Shown here: in pieces, positions 38,110 through 48,399 of the stretch
Layout of the letters: the number at the start of each line of letters is the position of its first letter
Numbering within the stretch: position 1 is the first letter of the stretch
Origin: a virus
Lineage: Duplodnaviria; Heunggongvirae; Uroviricota; Caudoviricetes
Length of the DNA: 64,000 nucleotides
Virus record (IMG/VR): IMGVR_UViG_3300027295_000004
Reading direction: 5' to 3' (one strand)
Translations under genes and position numbers: made by a program
Notes under the pieces: model-generated
The model's database searches: none
The model's input: the letters and a program-made list of their open reading frames with translations, nothing else
Told to the model about the DNA's origin: nothing

Positions 38110-38439
38110 ATGAATACAAACTTATTGCAGCCCGACGCCGACGTTGTTAAAACAGGCTTAGAAATACCACAGTCATTAGACGGCATCCTTGTTGATAATG
38201 ATGACACATGCATTTCGGTACAGACATCTGATGCGATGTTCAAATCATTTGAAAATGACCCAGACAATATAAACATATCAAATCTCTATACACCACAAGA
38301 GTCAATTGACTTGACGGATCTTTTTAATGCTTTATCTCCTTATAAGTCACAGACCAACGGGATACCAACATTGGACTTTGATGACATTATGAAAAGTATT
38401 GACGATGATATAAAAAGCAGAATGAATGATGAAGGCTGA
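38110..38439 (+). CDS. Acidic hypothetical protein
   Basis: 109 aa at the left edge of the glycan island. Confidence 0.55.
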   Translation: MNTNLLQPDADVVKTGLEIPQSLDGILVDNDDTCISVQTSDAMFKSFENDPDNINISNLYTPQESIDLTDLFNALSPYKSQTNGIPTLDFDDIMKSIDDDIKSRMNDEG

Positions 38440-38445
38440 TCAATT

Positions 38446-39228
38446 ATGAAAATAGGAATAGGAATCATTACATGTAATCGTCCAGAGTTTTTAAAAAAAT
38501 TATGGGCGACCATGCCAGACTATATTGATGATATAGTCATCGTCAATGATGGGAATAAAATCGATAATATAGAAGGAGCACATATTATAAACAACCCCAA
38601 AAAAATACAAGTTGGTGGATCAAAAAATGTCGCGATGAAATATCTTATCGAACAAAAATGTGATTACATCTTCACCTTAGAAGATGACATTTTAATCGAG
38701 GATCCGATGGTGTTTTTGAATTACATCAATGCGAGCAAGTCAACAGGAATTTGTCATTTTAATTTTGGATTTTCGAATCGTGAAAATTTAGATGCATCTT
38801 TACAACCGGTTTATAAAAAAGTTATCGAATACCCAGACGGAACGAAAATTATATTAACACCAAACATACTCGGTGCTCTTTCTTTTTATACAAGAGATGC
38901 GTTGATGGAAATTGGGCTACATAATCGTGTATTCAACAAAGGACACGGAGATCATCCAGAGCTAACGTATAGAGCATACAAGCACGGGTATACAACGCCG
39001 TTTTGGTGGTTTGCTGACATATATAATAGTTGGAGCATGATTAAAAATCAATCAAATATGTCAACAGATAGTACGATTAGAAATAACAATTTTTGGCAGT
39101 CATTCAACGAGGCGAACGATTCATTTAAAGTGCTGCACGGTTACAAAATGACTGAAGTACCATATGAGGGCGAAGAAAAAACAATCGAAGTGCTCAAACA
39201 ATTAAAAAATAACAAACAATTAAAATGA
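38446..39228 (+). CDS. GT2-like glycosyltransferase
   Basis: 'IGIITCNRP', 'IVIVNDG', 'YIFTLEDD', 'WWFAD'. Confidence 0.85.
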   Translation: MKIGIGIITCNRPEFLKKLWATMPDYIDDIVIVNDGNKIDNIEGAHIINNPKKIQVGGSKNVAMKYLIEQKCDYIFTLEDDILIEDPMVFLNYINASKSTGICHFNFGFSNRENLDASLQPVYKKVIEYPDGTKIILTPNILGALSFYTRDALMEIGLHNRVFNKGHGDHPELTYRAYKHGYTTPFWWFADIYNSWSMIKNQSNMSTDSTIRNNNFWQSFNEANDSFKVLHGYKMTEVPYEGEEKTIEVLKQLKNNKQLK

Positions 39229-39896
39229 AAATAAAAAAAGCTTTAAACCATTATTTCACATATCCTGATAACGTAAAAGTACATCTTCCATGGTCACCTA
39301 CAGGTCTTGGAGATGCCATTGATTGGCCAGAAGAAGTATTGAAATTATTTAATTATTCTCCAGGTTCTGGCCGCAATTTGTATATCTATCAATATTTTCA
39401 AAATCTAAAAAAACAATCAATTAAAAGCATTGATTATTTAGAAGTGGGGACGTTTATTGGCAGTAGCGTTATCGACATCTACAAATTTTCAACACTATTT
39501 GATATTAATGTAAATATTACAGTTGTTGATACATTTGAAGGGACTACAAATGAGGACATGAGCGGCTTCATGAGTCACTGGGATGAAACTAATAAATTCA
39601 AAAATAAATTTCTAGAAAATTTAAAGGAAAATAACATCACAAATGTTAACATATACGAGGGTTACAGCGATGATTTTTTCAAGACAAATAAAAAAACATA
39701 TGACTTAATATATATCGACGCAGATCATTCATATGAAGCAGTTGTTCGTGATATTAATAATTCACTACAAATTTTAAATAAAAATGGTAAACTTACCGGC
39801 GACGACTATCATCCTATATGGGGTGTGTTTAATGCTGTAAATTCATTTGCAAATAGATTCAATGTAAACATTATCGGTGAGATGTGGTATATTTAA
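39225..39896 (+). CDS. Class I SAM-dependent methyltransferase (Methyltransf_24-like)
   Basis: 'YLEVGTFIGSS', 'VVDTF', 'YDLIYIDADHSYEAV..D', 'GDDY'. Confidence 0.85.
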   Translation: MKIKKALNHYFTYPDNVKVHLPWSPTGLGDAIDWPEEVLKLFNYSPGSGRNLYIYQYFQNLKKQSIKSIDYLEVGTFIGSSVIDIYKFSTLFDINVNITVVDTFEGTTNEDMSGFMSHWDETNKFKNKFLENLKENNITNVNIYEGYSDDFFKTNKKTYDLIYIDADHSYEAVVRDINNSLQILNKNGKLTGDDYHPIWGVFNAVNSFANRFNVNIIGEMWYI

Positions 39897-39939
39897 CAGA
39901 CTTAAGTAACATAATAGTAATAGTTAAATTATTGAAATA

Positions 39940-40722
39940 ATGAAAGATAAAATCGGCGTTGGAATCACAACATATAATTCGGAATCATACTATAAGGCTT
40001 TGTATGAATCTTTGCCCCTTGATAGAATTGATTGTCTAGTAACAGTAAACGGAGGTGACAAATATCAAAATAATTATTCAGGCAAGTGGATTCAGCATAC
40101 TCAAAATAAATATCCATCTGTGTGTCGGAATGAATGTGTGGAATATTTACTCGAACAAGGATGTGAGCATATCTTTATTATTGAGGATGATATGATTATT
40201 TTAAATCCAAGCATATTCGATGAATATATTAGGGTTTCAAAAGGAACTGGATTAAAGTATTTTTGCTTTGTAAGCACAGGGGCTGGTTCAGGAGATGCGC
40301 ATCACCGAACACCAAAAACGATAATTGATTATCCTAATAACTTGCAAGTTGCATTTTATCAAAATATGTGCAATGAATTTACGTACCACCATAGATCGGC
40401 TTTTCTAGATACAGGTAAATATGATGAAAATATGCGCGATGGTTTTGATGTCGACATGGTATATAGAGAATCAAAAAAAGATTATAGCTCATTATTTTGG
40501 TGGTTTGCTGACATAGTTAATTCAGATGGGTTTATAATGAATAACCCAATCGCAACGAGTCGCTTACAAACCAATAGAGCTGATGGAAGCAGAGCGGATA
40601 TTATAGATAAAATATGGGAGTATTTTTATAATAAACACCAAATCCGTGTTAATAATATCCCACAGCCAAGTCTTAGAGATTTGAAATTTAAACTTATGCA
40701 AGCATATGAATCAAAAGATTGA
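39940..40722 (+). CDS. GT2-like glycosyltransferase, paralog of 38446..39228
   Basis: 'IGVGITTYN', 'HIFIIEDDM', 'WWFADIVNS' shared with the paralog. Confidence 0.8.
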   Translation: MKDKIGVGITTYNSESYYKALYESLPLDRIDCLVTVNGGDKYQNNYSGKWIQHTQNKYPSVCRNECVEYLLEQGCEHIFIIEDDMIILNPSIFDEYIRVSKGTGLKYFCFVSTGAGSGDAHHRTPKTIIDYPNNLQVAFYQNMCNEFTYHHRSAFLDTGKYDENMRDGFDVDMVYRESKKDYSSLFWWFADIVNSDGFIMNNPIATSRLQTNRADGSRADIIDKIWEYFYNKHQIRVNNIPQPSLRDLKFKLMQAYESKD

Positions 40723-41488
40723 CGTATTTTTACCAATAGCACCAAAAGATCTTTTCAGGTCTAGACTCGTCATTAAATATCTTTTACGAAATGTGCCTGA
40801 TATTGCAACGATTCATATTTGTACACCCACACCAATTTCACCAATATTTGAAACAGGCGAGCATGATATCTGTTATCATTTGGATCGAGAGATTCTACCA
40901 TATGCCACTCCACAAAAATGGAAATTTAGACCGAATTGGATTCTGCAGCAATTTTTGAAACTCTTCCAAAACGTTACAAAAACAGAATATTACATGACAA
41001 TTGATTGCGACGCTATTGTTACAAATCGTCTGGAATTATTTGAAGAAAATAGACCAATATGGTATTACGGATATGATCAATGTGAGCCCCAATATTTTGA
41101 ATTCAATAAAAAAATGTTCAATTTAGATAGAAAAGCAACACATACATATATTGGCGATATCGGTTTCTTTAACAAAAATATTATTCAACACCTAGTAAAT
41201 TATGTAAATTTAACACCACAACAAATAATTGAAAAGAGCTATGATATAATTTCATATAATTGTCACCCGTCTGAATTTGAATTATATGGCAATTTTGTTG
41301 AAATGTTTTACCCCGAGCTATATATATCAAAAAGGTTAAAAGATTTAAGAACTGGCAAACTCCAATCAGATCCGTACGATACTAACTGGAGTCTTGATGA
41401 AACCCTACAATTAATTCAAAGAGGCATATCAGAAAAATACGATGTAGTTAATATGCATTCTTGGTGCATACCTTCCCATGCGTGGTAA
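40706..41488 (+). CDS. Nucleotide-diphospho-sugar transferase-like protein (DUF6492-like)
   Basis: 'WILQQFLKL', 'YMTIDCD', 'SEFELYGNF'. Confidence 0.7.
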   Translation: MNQKIDVFLPIAPKDLFRSRLVIKYLLRNVPDIATIHICTPTPISPIFETGEHDICYHLDREILPYATPQKWKFRPNWILQQFLKLFQNVTKTEYYMTIDCDAIVTNRLELFEENRPIWYYGYDQCEPQYFEFNKKMFNLDRKATHTYIGDIGFFNKNIIQHLVNYVNLTPQQIIEKSYDIISYNCHPSEFELYGNFVEMFYPELYISKRLKDLRTGKLQSDPYDTNWSLDETLQLIQRGISEKYDVVNMHSWCIPSHAW

Positions 41489-41501
41489 TAATTAAAAGCA
41501 A

Positions 41502-42374
41502 ATGAAAGTAATTTTAATACATTTATCGCCACATAAATTGCCGATTAATGACAAAATGATATATGACTATACGTACGACGAGTTGCCTCCTTATGCAGAT
41601 ATCTGTATCAAACAATGCAAGCATTATCTATGCGACCCGATTGTCGTTGATGATCAATACGTCATGAAATACATGCAGCATGACATACAAAAATTATATA
41701 CAATCTGCAAAGAAAAATATCCATCACAATCAACAAATGCGTTTTGGTTCACAACGATGATACGTTTATTTGTACTGTATCATTTTTGTAAGAATAATAA
41801 TATTAACGAATTTATTCACATGGAGTATGATAATTTAATATACTCCGACATGACGATGCTTAAAAAATTACAGCCATCGGTGTACTTCACTAGAGTCGAT
41901 CAATATAAAAGCTCTGCAGGGTTTGTTTATTGCAATTCCTTGATTCACTTAGAACAATTTATCTCGAAAATGATAAAATTGCTGAACATTGGCGAACAAT
42001 CATTATACGCCAATAATGTTATTCCATATTTTACACCAATATCAGAAATGGTAATGATTGATTTAATATATAAGGGAACACAAAATATAATAGATTATCT
42101 TCCCGCATTGCCGTTCGAACCAGCAGACGACAATTTTAATAATTTAGGGATATTATTTGACGGGGCTTCTTATGGGCAGTACATAGGAGGCACAAATAAC
42201 GGACATACTAAGGGATTCTGTGATCCGAATCATTATGTTGGCAAATGCATTATTGATAATAAGCTAGATGTTATATTCGATAACCAAAAGCCCTACGCTG
42301 TACATGATAACAAACTAATACCAATTGCAAATCTTCACATCCATAGCAAACAACTAGAGCTGTATGTGAGTTAA
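41502..42374 (+). CDS. Putative glycosyltransferase-fold protein
   Basis: 'FIHMEYDNLIY' DxD-like motif, 'LFDGASYGQYIGG', 'NLHIHSK'. Confidence 0.6.
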   Translation: MKVILIHLSPHKLPINDKMIYDYTYDELPPYADICIKQCKHYLCDPIVVDDQYVMKYMQHDIQKLYTICKEKYPSQSTNAFWFTTMIRLFVLYHFCKNNNINEFIHMEYDNLIYSDMTMLKKLQPSVYFTRVDQYKSSAGFVYCNSLIHLEQFISKMIKLLNIGEQSLYANNVIPYFTPISEMVMIDLIYKGTQNIIDYLPALPFEPADDNFNNLGILFDGASYGQYIGGTNNGHTKGFCDPNHYVGKCIIDNKLDVIFDNQKPYAVHDNKLIPIANLHIHSKQLELYVS

Positions 42375-42405
42375 TTCGGCCAAATAATAGATTAATGAAA
42401 AAGTA

Positions 42406-42432
42406 TAGTATAATAAATAGTATAATAAATAG
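42406..42432 (+). repeat. 12-bp tandem duplication (TAGTATAATAAA x2) creating two TAAATA motifs
   Basis: Read directly from the sequence; intergenic, upstream of 42448. Confidence 0.6.
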
Positions 42433-42447
42433 ATTATAGTTCAGCTC

Positions 42448-43557
42448 ATGAAGAAAGAAAGAAATAAGTGCATTTTGTGTGATAATACACTTTACAATAT
42501 ATTAGAATTTAAACTCCCATGTTTTATGGGTGTCGTAAAAGAAGCATCTCACACAGAAGATTTTAAATTATCTTTAACACAATGTCAAGAGTGTGGAGAG
42601 ATACAAACAAAAGAGCTATTTGATGTAAATATTGTATACCAAAACAACCATAACATAAACACAGTTGGTAGTATTTGGGAAAATCATTATATAGAATTTG
42701 CGAGGTTTATAAAAAATGATATCATCAATAAATCTATATTAGAAATAAGTGATCCTTCGGCCAAAATAGCAAAATTGTCTACAGAATTTGCATCATGGGA
42801 TATAATAGAACCAAATCCAGAAAATATAAAAATTGAAAACGTAAAATTCACACGAGGATTTTTCGATGAAAATTTCAAGACACAAAAAAAAGATATTATA
42901 ATCCATTCGCATTTGCTGGAACATATGCACGACCCAATATCTTTTTTAAAGCAGTGTCATGATATCTTGAAGGATGATGGTATAATGGTATTTTCAATTC
43001 CAGATATGGATTTCTTGCTAAACGCCGGATACTCGCCTGGTAATATACTTCATTTCGAGCACACATATTTTATAAATAAAGATGTAGTTCACTATATAGC
43101 AAAAAAAACAGGATTTGAAGTAAGCGAATTCTTTTTTTATAAAAATCATTCTGTGTTTTTTAAATTAAAAAAAATTACACCCACTAACGAAAATATAAAA
43201 CCAATTAAATTGGAATTAGGCAATAAATTTACAAATAATTTTACACACCACCTATCTAACATAAAAGACATAAACAAAATCACAAATGTTAGCACAGACG
43301 AAATATATCTATTCGGAGCTCATGTATCGTCGCAATTTTATATATCAAATGGGCTAGATACATCAAAAATCACTACCATAATAGATAACGCACCTAGTAA
43401 ATCTGGTAAATTTTTATTTGGCACGGAACTGCGAGTCGAACAACCCGAAATCTTGACAAACAAAAAATGCACAATAATATGTAGTCATGTTGGCGTATAT
43501 TTTGACGAAATAGTATCAAAATTAAGAAGCATTAATCAGACAATTAATATAATATGA
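42448..43557 (+). CDS. SAM methyltransferase resembling NDP-sugar C-methyltransferases (Zn-binding N-terminus)
   Basis: 'CILC...LTQCQECGEIQ', 'IIHSHLLEHMHDP', 'HFEHTYF', C-terminal 'LFGA....IIDNAPSKSGKFLFGT'. Confidence 0.75.
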   Translation: MKKERNKCILCDNTLYNILEFKLPCFMGVVKEASHTEDFKLSLTQCQECGEIQTKELFDVNIVYQNNHNINTVGSIWENHYIEFARFIKNDIINKSILEISDPSAKIAKLSTEFASWDIIEPNPENIKIENVKFTRGFFDENFKTQKKDIIIHSHLLEHMHDPISFLKQCHDILKDDGIMVFSIPDMDFLLNAGYSPGNILHFEHTYFINKDVVHYIAKKTGFEVSEFFFYKNHSVFFKLKKITPTNENIKPIKLELGNKFTNNFTHHLSNIKDINKITNVSTDEIYLFGAHVSSQFYISNGLDTSKITTIIDNAPSKSGKFLFGTELRVEQPEILTNKKCTIICSHVGVYFDEIVSKLRSINQTINII

Positions 43558-44303
43558 AAACGGGATTCATCATAACAGCATATAAACAAATCGATCTATG
43601 CACCAACACTATTAATATGATAAGAAAAGACTATGGTATATTAAAGACCTCACCTATTATAATAGTAACAACATCAGAAGAAGATATCGGTTTTAAAGAG
43701 TTAGAAAATATAAATGACAATATATTCGTAATTGAAAATAAAGATGTACCTAGGTGCACGCCAGTCAATTACCTAGGAATAGAACATTACGGATTCAACT
43801 TAAGCAAGAGAATATTAATTTCATTGCAGAAGGGGTTAGATAAAGCGATCGAACTAAATTTAGATGTTATAATACATTTACATTCAGACACTTACTGGCA
43901 ATCTAATAAAATTGATATTTTGACAGAATATTTAAAAGATGTTTACGAAAATAAATTACTATTCAGTGGTGATTTATCTTTGATCGATGTGGATTCGCCA
44001 ATAACAAGAGATATCCATTTTGAACCAGAAGGATTAATTATAAACATAAAAGAATCTGTAAAATGCGGGTTTGCAAAATTTGAAAATATTTGGGCTGGTG
44101 ATTTTAATTCACACAATTATGGAAGTATAGAAGCCATGATAGGACAATTTGCAGTGTGGTGTCTATCAAAACAGACAATATTATCAAACGAACCACTGCC
44201 AAAGATATATAGAGAAAAGGTAAAAATACGCCAGACAAGACCATGTCATGGCATATTCGAAGATGGCCTCGTAAATCAAAAAATAATCCAACCATACGAC
44301 TAA
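43554..44303 (+). CDS. Putative GT-A fold glycosyltransferase
   Basis: 'FIITAYKQ', 'IIHLHSDTYW'; context. Confidence 0.5.
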   Translation: MKTGFIITAYKQIDLCTNTINMIRKDYGILKTSPIIIVTTSEEDIGFKELENINDNIFVIENKDVPRCTPVNYLGIEHYGFNLSKRILISLQKGLDKAIELNLDVIIHLHSDTYWQSNKIDILTEYLKDVYENKLLFSGDLSLIDVDSPITRDIHFEPEGLIINIKESVKCGFAKFENIWAGDFNSHNYGSIEAMIGQFAVWCLSKQTILSNEPLPKIYREKVKIRQTRPCHGIFEDGLVNQKIIQPYD

Positions 44304-44406
44304 AACATTCAGAATAGTCACAAATAGAAACGGATGGATTTATAACATATAGGTGTTCATGATTGCAAAAATGTTTAGTGATAATAAATAATATTTAAAA
44401 TACAAC

Positions 44407-45108
44407 ATGCTAGAAGAATTAAATAATTTAGCTATAGTAGTACAAGGCCCCAGTGCTAATGTAGATAAAATCAAAGAAGCATATGGGGAGTACAATTTAA
44501 TAATATCTACGTGGGAAGGATCTGAAACATTATATGATGCAAACGATAACGTTATCTTTAATAAGATACCAGAGGATAGAGGATTTATGAATTTTAATTT
44601 ACAGATATTGTCAACATTAAAAGGCATAGAAGAGGCTAGTAATAGGGGATATAAATACGTATTAAAAATAAGATCAGATATAATCCCAACCAATTTTACA
44701 AGGTTTATTTCCAATCTTGATAAAAATAAATTAAACATGTTTTCATGGAAAAATCATGTCTGTTACACAACCTGCCCTGGATATTTAACGGATCATTTAA
44801 TGCTCGGGACGGTAGAGGATATGTACACGTTATGGGACATAAAAGACACAACATGGATTGAAGTACCTGAAATACAATTAACACAACAGTATATAACAAA
44901 ACTACAAGGAAAAAGAGATATTCGTTTTTTTATAAACGACCTAGGAATTGAAAATGATTTTTATTGGATAAAGCGTAATATATATTTATCATGGTTTAGG
45001 GAAATGTCACAAGATGGAGTTCGAGGCATGCACTTGTGCAACGATACCAAAGAATACATACATAGCGAGTATATTAATTTTTTACCACCCGAAAGGAGAA
45101 TCAAATAA
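44407..45108 (+). CDS. WavE-like LPS synthesis protein
   Basis: 'AIVVQGP', 'IISTW', 'NLQILSTLKGI', 'YVLKIRSD', 'TDHLMLG'. Confidence 0.7.
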   Translation: MLEELNNLAIVVQGPSANVDKIKEAYGEYNLIISTWEGSETLYDANDNVIFNKIPEDRGFMNFNLQILSTLKGIEEASNRGYKYVLKIRSDIIPTNFTRFISNLDKNKLNMFSWKNHVCYTTCPGYLTDHLMLGTVEDMYTLWDIKDTTWIEVPEIQLTQQYITKLQGKRDIRFFINDLGIENDFYWIKRNIYLSWFREMSQDGVRGMHLCNDTKEYIHSEYINFLPPERRIK

Positions 45109-46478
45109 TGATAAAATTAATTATCTTTGATTTAGACGGAGTCTTGATAGATACCAAAGCTCTACATTATCAATGTCTAAATACTGCATTAGAATCAATT
45201 GACCCAAAATATACAATATCATTTAACGAGCATCTTATAAAATACGACGGATTAAAAACAGGCGAAAAATTAAAATTGTTATCAAAGGAAAAGAATCTAC
45301 CAGAACACCTACATAGGCAAATATGGATAGAAAAACAACGACTGACTCTTAATTCATTAGATGATATAAAAGAATCTGATAAGTTAAAACACCTACTTGA
45401 TAATTTATCCCAAGATGGTTATAAGATTGCATGTTGTACTAATTCTATTCGAAAAACAGTAAATACTATTCTCTCAAATTTAGGAATAATATCGCATTTT
45501 GATTTGATATTATCTAATGATGATGTTGAAAATAGCAAACCACATCCGGAGATATACTGGACCGCGATGAGTAAGCTAAAGATGATGCCAGGCGAAACAT
45601 TGATAGTCGAAGATTCACCAAATGGTTTGATTGCCGCATGCAGAAGCAATGCAAATGTTTTTAGAGTAAATTCACCAAATGACTTGACACATGGATCATT
45701 ATACGATAAGATAAATACCAATAAAAATAACATGAAAATACCAAAATGGAAAGGCGAAAATCTTAATGTTTTAATTCCGATGGCAGGAGCAGGCAGTAGA
45801 TTCCAAAGTGCAGGGTATACATTTCCAAAACCACTAATCGATGTCCGCGGAGACCCGATGATACAGCGCGTAGTTGATAGTTTGAATATCGATGCAAATT
45901 ATATATATATTATCCAAAAAGAGCATAGGCAGAAATATAATCTAGATACTTTACTAAAATTAATAACACCAAAATGTAGTATAGTCGAAGTTGATGGTAT
46001 AACCGAAGGTGCTGCATGCACTACGCTCATTGCGAAGGAATTAATCGATAATGATGTGCCGTTATTAATTGCAAATTCTGATCAATTTATCGAATGGGAT
46101 AGCAGCGAGTTCTTCTATAAAATGATCGAACAAAAAGCAGATGGTGGTATGCTAACGTTTAAATCTACACACCCAAAATGGTCGTTTGCCAAAGTCGACG
46201 AAAGTAATAATATCACTGAAGTTGCAGAAAAGAACCCAATATCCGACATAGCATCTGTCGGTATATATTACTGGCAAAAAGGCAGCGACTATGTCAAATA
46301 CGCAGAACAGATGATTGAGAAGAATATTCGTGTTAATAATGAATTTTATATCTGCCCAGTTTTTAACGAAGCGATTTGTGGCGGCAAAACAATCAAAATA
46401 CATAATATCGAAAAGATGTGGGGATTGGGTACACCAGAAGATCTCGAGTACTTTATTAAAAATTACACAACCAATTAA
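45108..46478 (+). CDS. Fusion of a HAD phosphatase and a sugar-1-phosphate nucleotidyltransferase
   Basis: N-terminal 'IFDLDGVL.D', 'SKPHPEIY', 'VEDS..G'; C-terminal 'LIPMAGAGSRF...PKPLIDV', 'EVAEKNPIS', 'WGLGTPEDL'. Confidence 0.9.
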   Translation: MIKLIIFDLDGVLIDTKALHYQCLNTALESIDPKYTISFNEHLIKYDGLKTGEKLKLLSKEKNLPEHLHRQIWIEKQRLTLNSLDDIKESDKLKHLLDNLSQDGYKIACCTNSIRKTVNTILSNLGIISHFDLILSNDDVENSKPHPEIYWTAMSKLKMMPGETLIVEDSPNGLIAACRSNANVFRVNSPNDLTHGSLYDKINTNKNNMKIPKWKGENLNVLIPMAGAGSRFQSAGYTFPKPLIDVRGDPMIQRVVDSLNIDANYIYIIQKEHRQKYNLDTLLKLITPKCSIVEVDGITEGAACTTLIAKELIDNDVPLLIANSDQFIEWDSSEFFYKMIEQKADGGMLTFKSTHPKWSFAKVDESNNITEVAEKNPISDIASVGIYYWQKGSDYVKYAEQMIEKNIRVNNEFYICPVFNEAICGGKTIKIHNIEKMWGLGTPEDLEYFIKNYTTN

Positions 46479-46490
46479 CCAACAAAAAAT

Positions 46491-47156
46491 ATGAATAAAG
46501 AAGATGCAGATCTGCTCTCAGTATTAATTGGGTCATGTGATAAATATCGCCACCTTTGGGAAAATTTTGACATTCTGTTTAAAAGATATTGGCAATTAAA
46601 AACAAAAAATATTTTTGTAAGCGAAACGATTAAGATACAATATAAAGATTATATTAGTGTAACTCCTGGGGCTAATTTACAATGGACTGATATCATGTTA
46701 AAAGGTCTTAATGAAATTAAGACACCATATGTTTGTCTTATTCTTGAAGATTATTATTTGACAGAGCCGATTACGTCGAAATTTATAAGAGAGCATATTC
46801 AAATGTTAGAGCATCATAATGCGGATAAAATATTATTTGATAGGTTATACCCACCAGGCATATATGAATTAAAACATCTTGAAAATAATTTGTATATATT
46901 CAATCAACATAGTGATTATTTAAATTCCGTACAACCTGCAATTTGGAAAACCGAGTATTTGAAACATTTACTAGAATCACATTCTTGCAATCCGTGGCAA
47001 TTTGAAGTAGATTGCAACAGATATACCCAACAACTTAATCCAAAAATTCTCTTAAATGCAAGAGATCATTCTATGTATTTTAACTACACGAGATCCGGTG
47101 GAATAATAGCAGATGGATGGCAGGATGTTTTTGCTAAAGAAGATTTGACACCATAA
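46491..47156 (+). CDS. Putative glycosyltransferase-fold protein
   Basis: 'SCDKY..LW', 'YVCLILEDYYL', 'QPAIWK', 'PWQFE'. Confidence 0.6.
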   Translation: MNKEDADLLSVLIGSCDKYRHLWENFDILFKRYWQLKTKNIFVSETIKIQYKDYISVTPGANLQWTDIMLKGLNEIKTPYVCLILEDYYLTEPITSKFIREHIQMLEHHNADKILFDRLYPPGIYELKHLENNLYIFNQHSDYLNSVQPAIWKTEYLKHLLESHSCNPWQFEVDCNRYTQQLNPKILLNARDHSMYFNYTRSGGIIADGWQDVFAKEDLTP

Positions 47157-47191
47157 TCTGGACGGAGATAATATATAAAATAGAACATTAC

Positions 47192-47779
47192 ATGAACACA
47201 CTTATTATTAATCTAAAGCATAGGCAAGATAGGTTTGAGCATATTACTAATGAGATTAAAAAATTAAGCAATGTTATTAGCAATGTATATAGGGTTGAGG
47301 CAATTATCGACGAGACAAGAACTGCATTCAAATCACACAAACAATGCATCAGAATAGCAAAAGAACGCAAATGGCCGTATGTTTTAATTCTCGAAGATGA
47401 CGCAATGTTTGAAGACAACGCGAATGATATTTTGCTGAGATCAGTAAACGAGATACAAAATCATAATTGGGATGTACTATATCTTGGTGCATCTTTGCTT
47501 GCGCATACTACAAGAGTATCCGACTGCTTAATAAAATTAACGCACGCATATGCACTACATGCATATATTGTAAATTCGCAAATGTATGATACTATTTTAA
47601 ACTTACCACAAATATATGAAATGGATGTTCACTATAACCTGATTATGCCTCAACATAATATGTATATGTGTGATCCTATGATAGCGTATCAAATGCCAAA
47701 TTATTCTGATTTACAAAACGGATATAGGGATTACAACGCAGCGATGAAAGAAGCCTATAGTGAATTAAAACCGCGATAA
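47192..47779 (+). CDS. GT25-like glycosyltransferase
   Basis: 'IINLKHRQDR', 'SHKQCI', 'YVLILEDDA', 'WDVLYLG', 'LHAYIVN'. Confidence 0.85.
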   Translation: MNTLIINLKHRQDRFEHITNEIKKLSNVISNVYRVEAIIDETRTAFKSHKQCIRIAKERKWPYVLILEDDAMFEDNANDILLRSVNEIQNHNWDVLYLGASLLAHTTRVSDCLIKLTHAYALHAYIVNSQMYDTILNLPQIYEMDVHYNLIMPQHNMYMCDPMIAYQMPNYSDLQNGYRDYNAAMKEAYSELKPR

Positions 47780-47868
47780 AATTCATTTGAATACGAGCTT
47801 TTTTGCAATAAATACAAATGATATGATTTGATTTGTAAAGAGTCGGTTGTAATTTTTATAGATATTTT

Positions 47869-48399
47869 ATGATAAAAGTTCTCGGAGACGATATAATTAT
47901 AGATGAAGATATTTTTATAAAACAGGATTTAATTATCAATGGTTCACATGTAGCCATTGATAAGGGATTTTATTGTACAACCAACACTACTATTGGTAGT
48001 TATGTGCATGTCGGCCCTTATGTAACAATAATAGGAGGTAAAGATGGCTCATTTACTTCAAAGGGATTTAATAATATAATGGCGGGTGCTAGGATTATAT
48101 GTGGGTCTGATAGGTTTGATGGTAGTGGTTTATTTGGTGCAATGATACCAAAGGATTTAAAAGGAACACAAATTATAAAACCCATTGTGATGGAAGAGTT
48201 TTCTAATATAGGTACAAATTCTATCGTATTGCCCGGATCTATACTAAGAAAAGGTGTTTTACTAGCAGCAGGTAGTTTATTGATGGGAGATACAGAAGAA
48301 TGGGGCGTTTATAAAGGAAATCCGGCAGTGTTAGTTAAAAAAATTAATCCTGAAAAAATAATCAAAAATGCTAAAAAATTAGGCTATGATGAATTTTAA
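47869..48399 (+). CDS. Left-handed beta-helix (hexapeptide) acyltransferase
   Basis: Hexapeptide repeats 'TTIGSYVHVGPYVTI', 'IGTNSIVLPG', 'VYKGNPA'. Confidence 0.85.
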   Translation: MIKVLGDDIIIDEDIFIKQDLIINGSHVAIDKGFYCTTNTTIGSYVHVGPYVTIIGGKDGSFTSKGFNNIMAGARIICGSDRFDGSGLFGAMIPKDLKGTQIIKPIVMEEFSNIGTNSIVLPGSILRKGVLLAAGSLLMGDTEEWGVYKGNPAVLVKKINPEKIIKNAKKLGYDEF

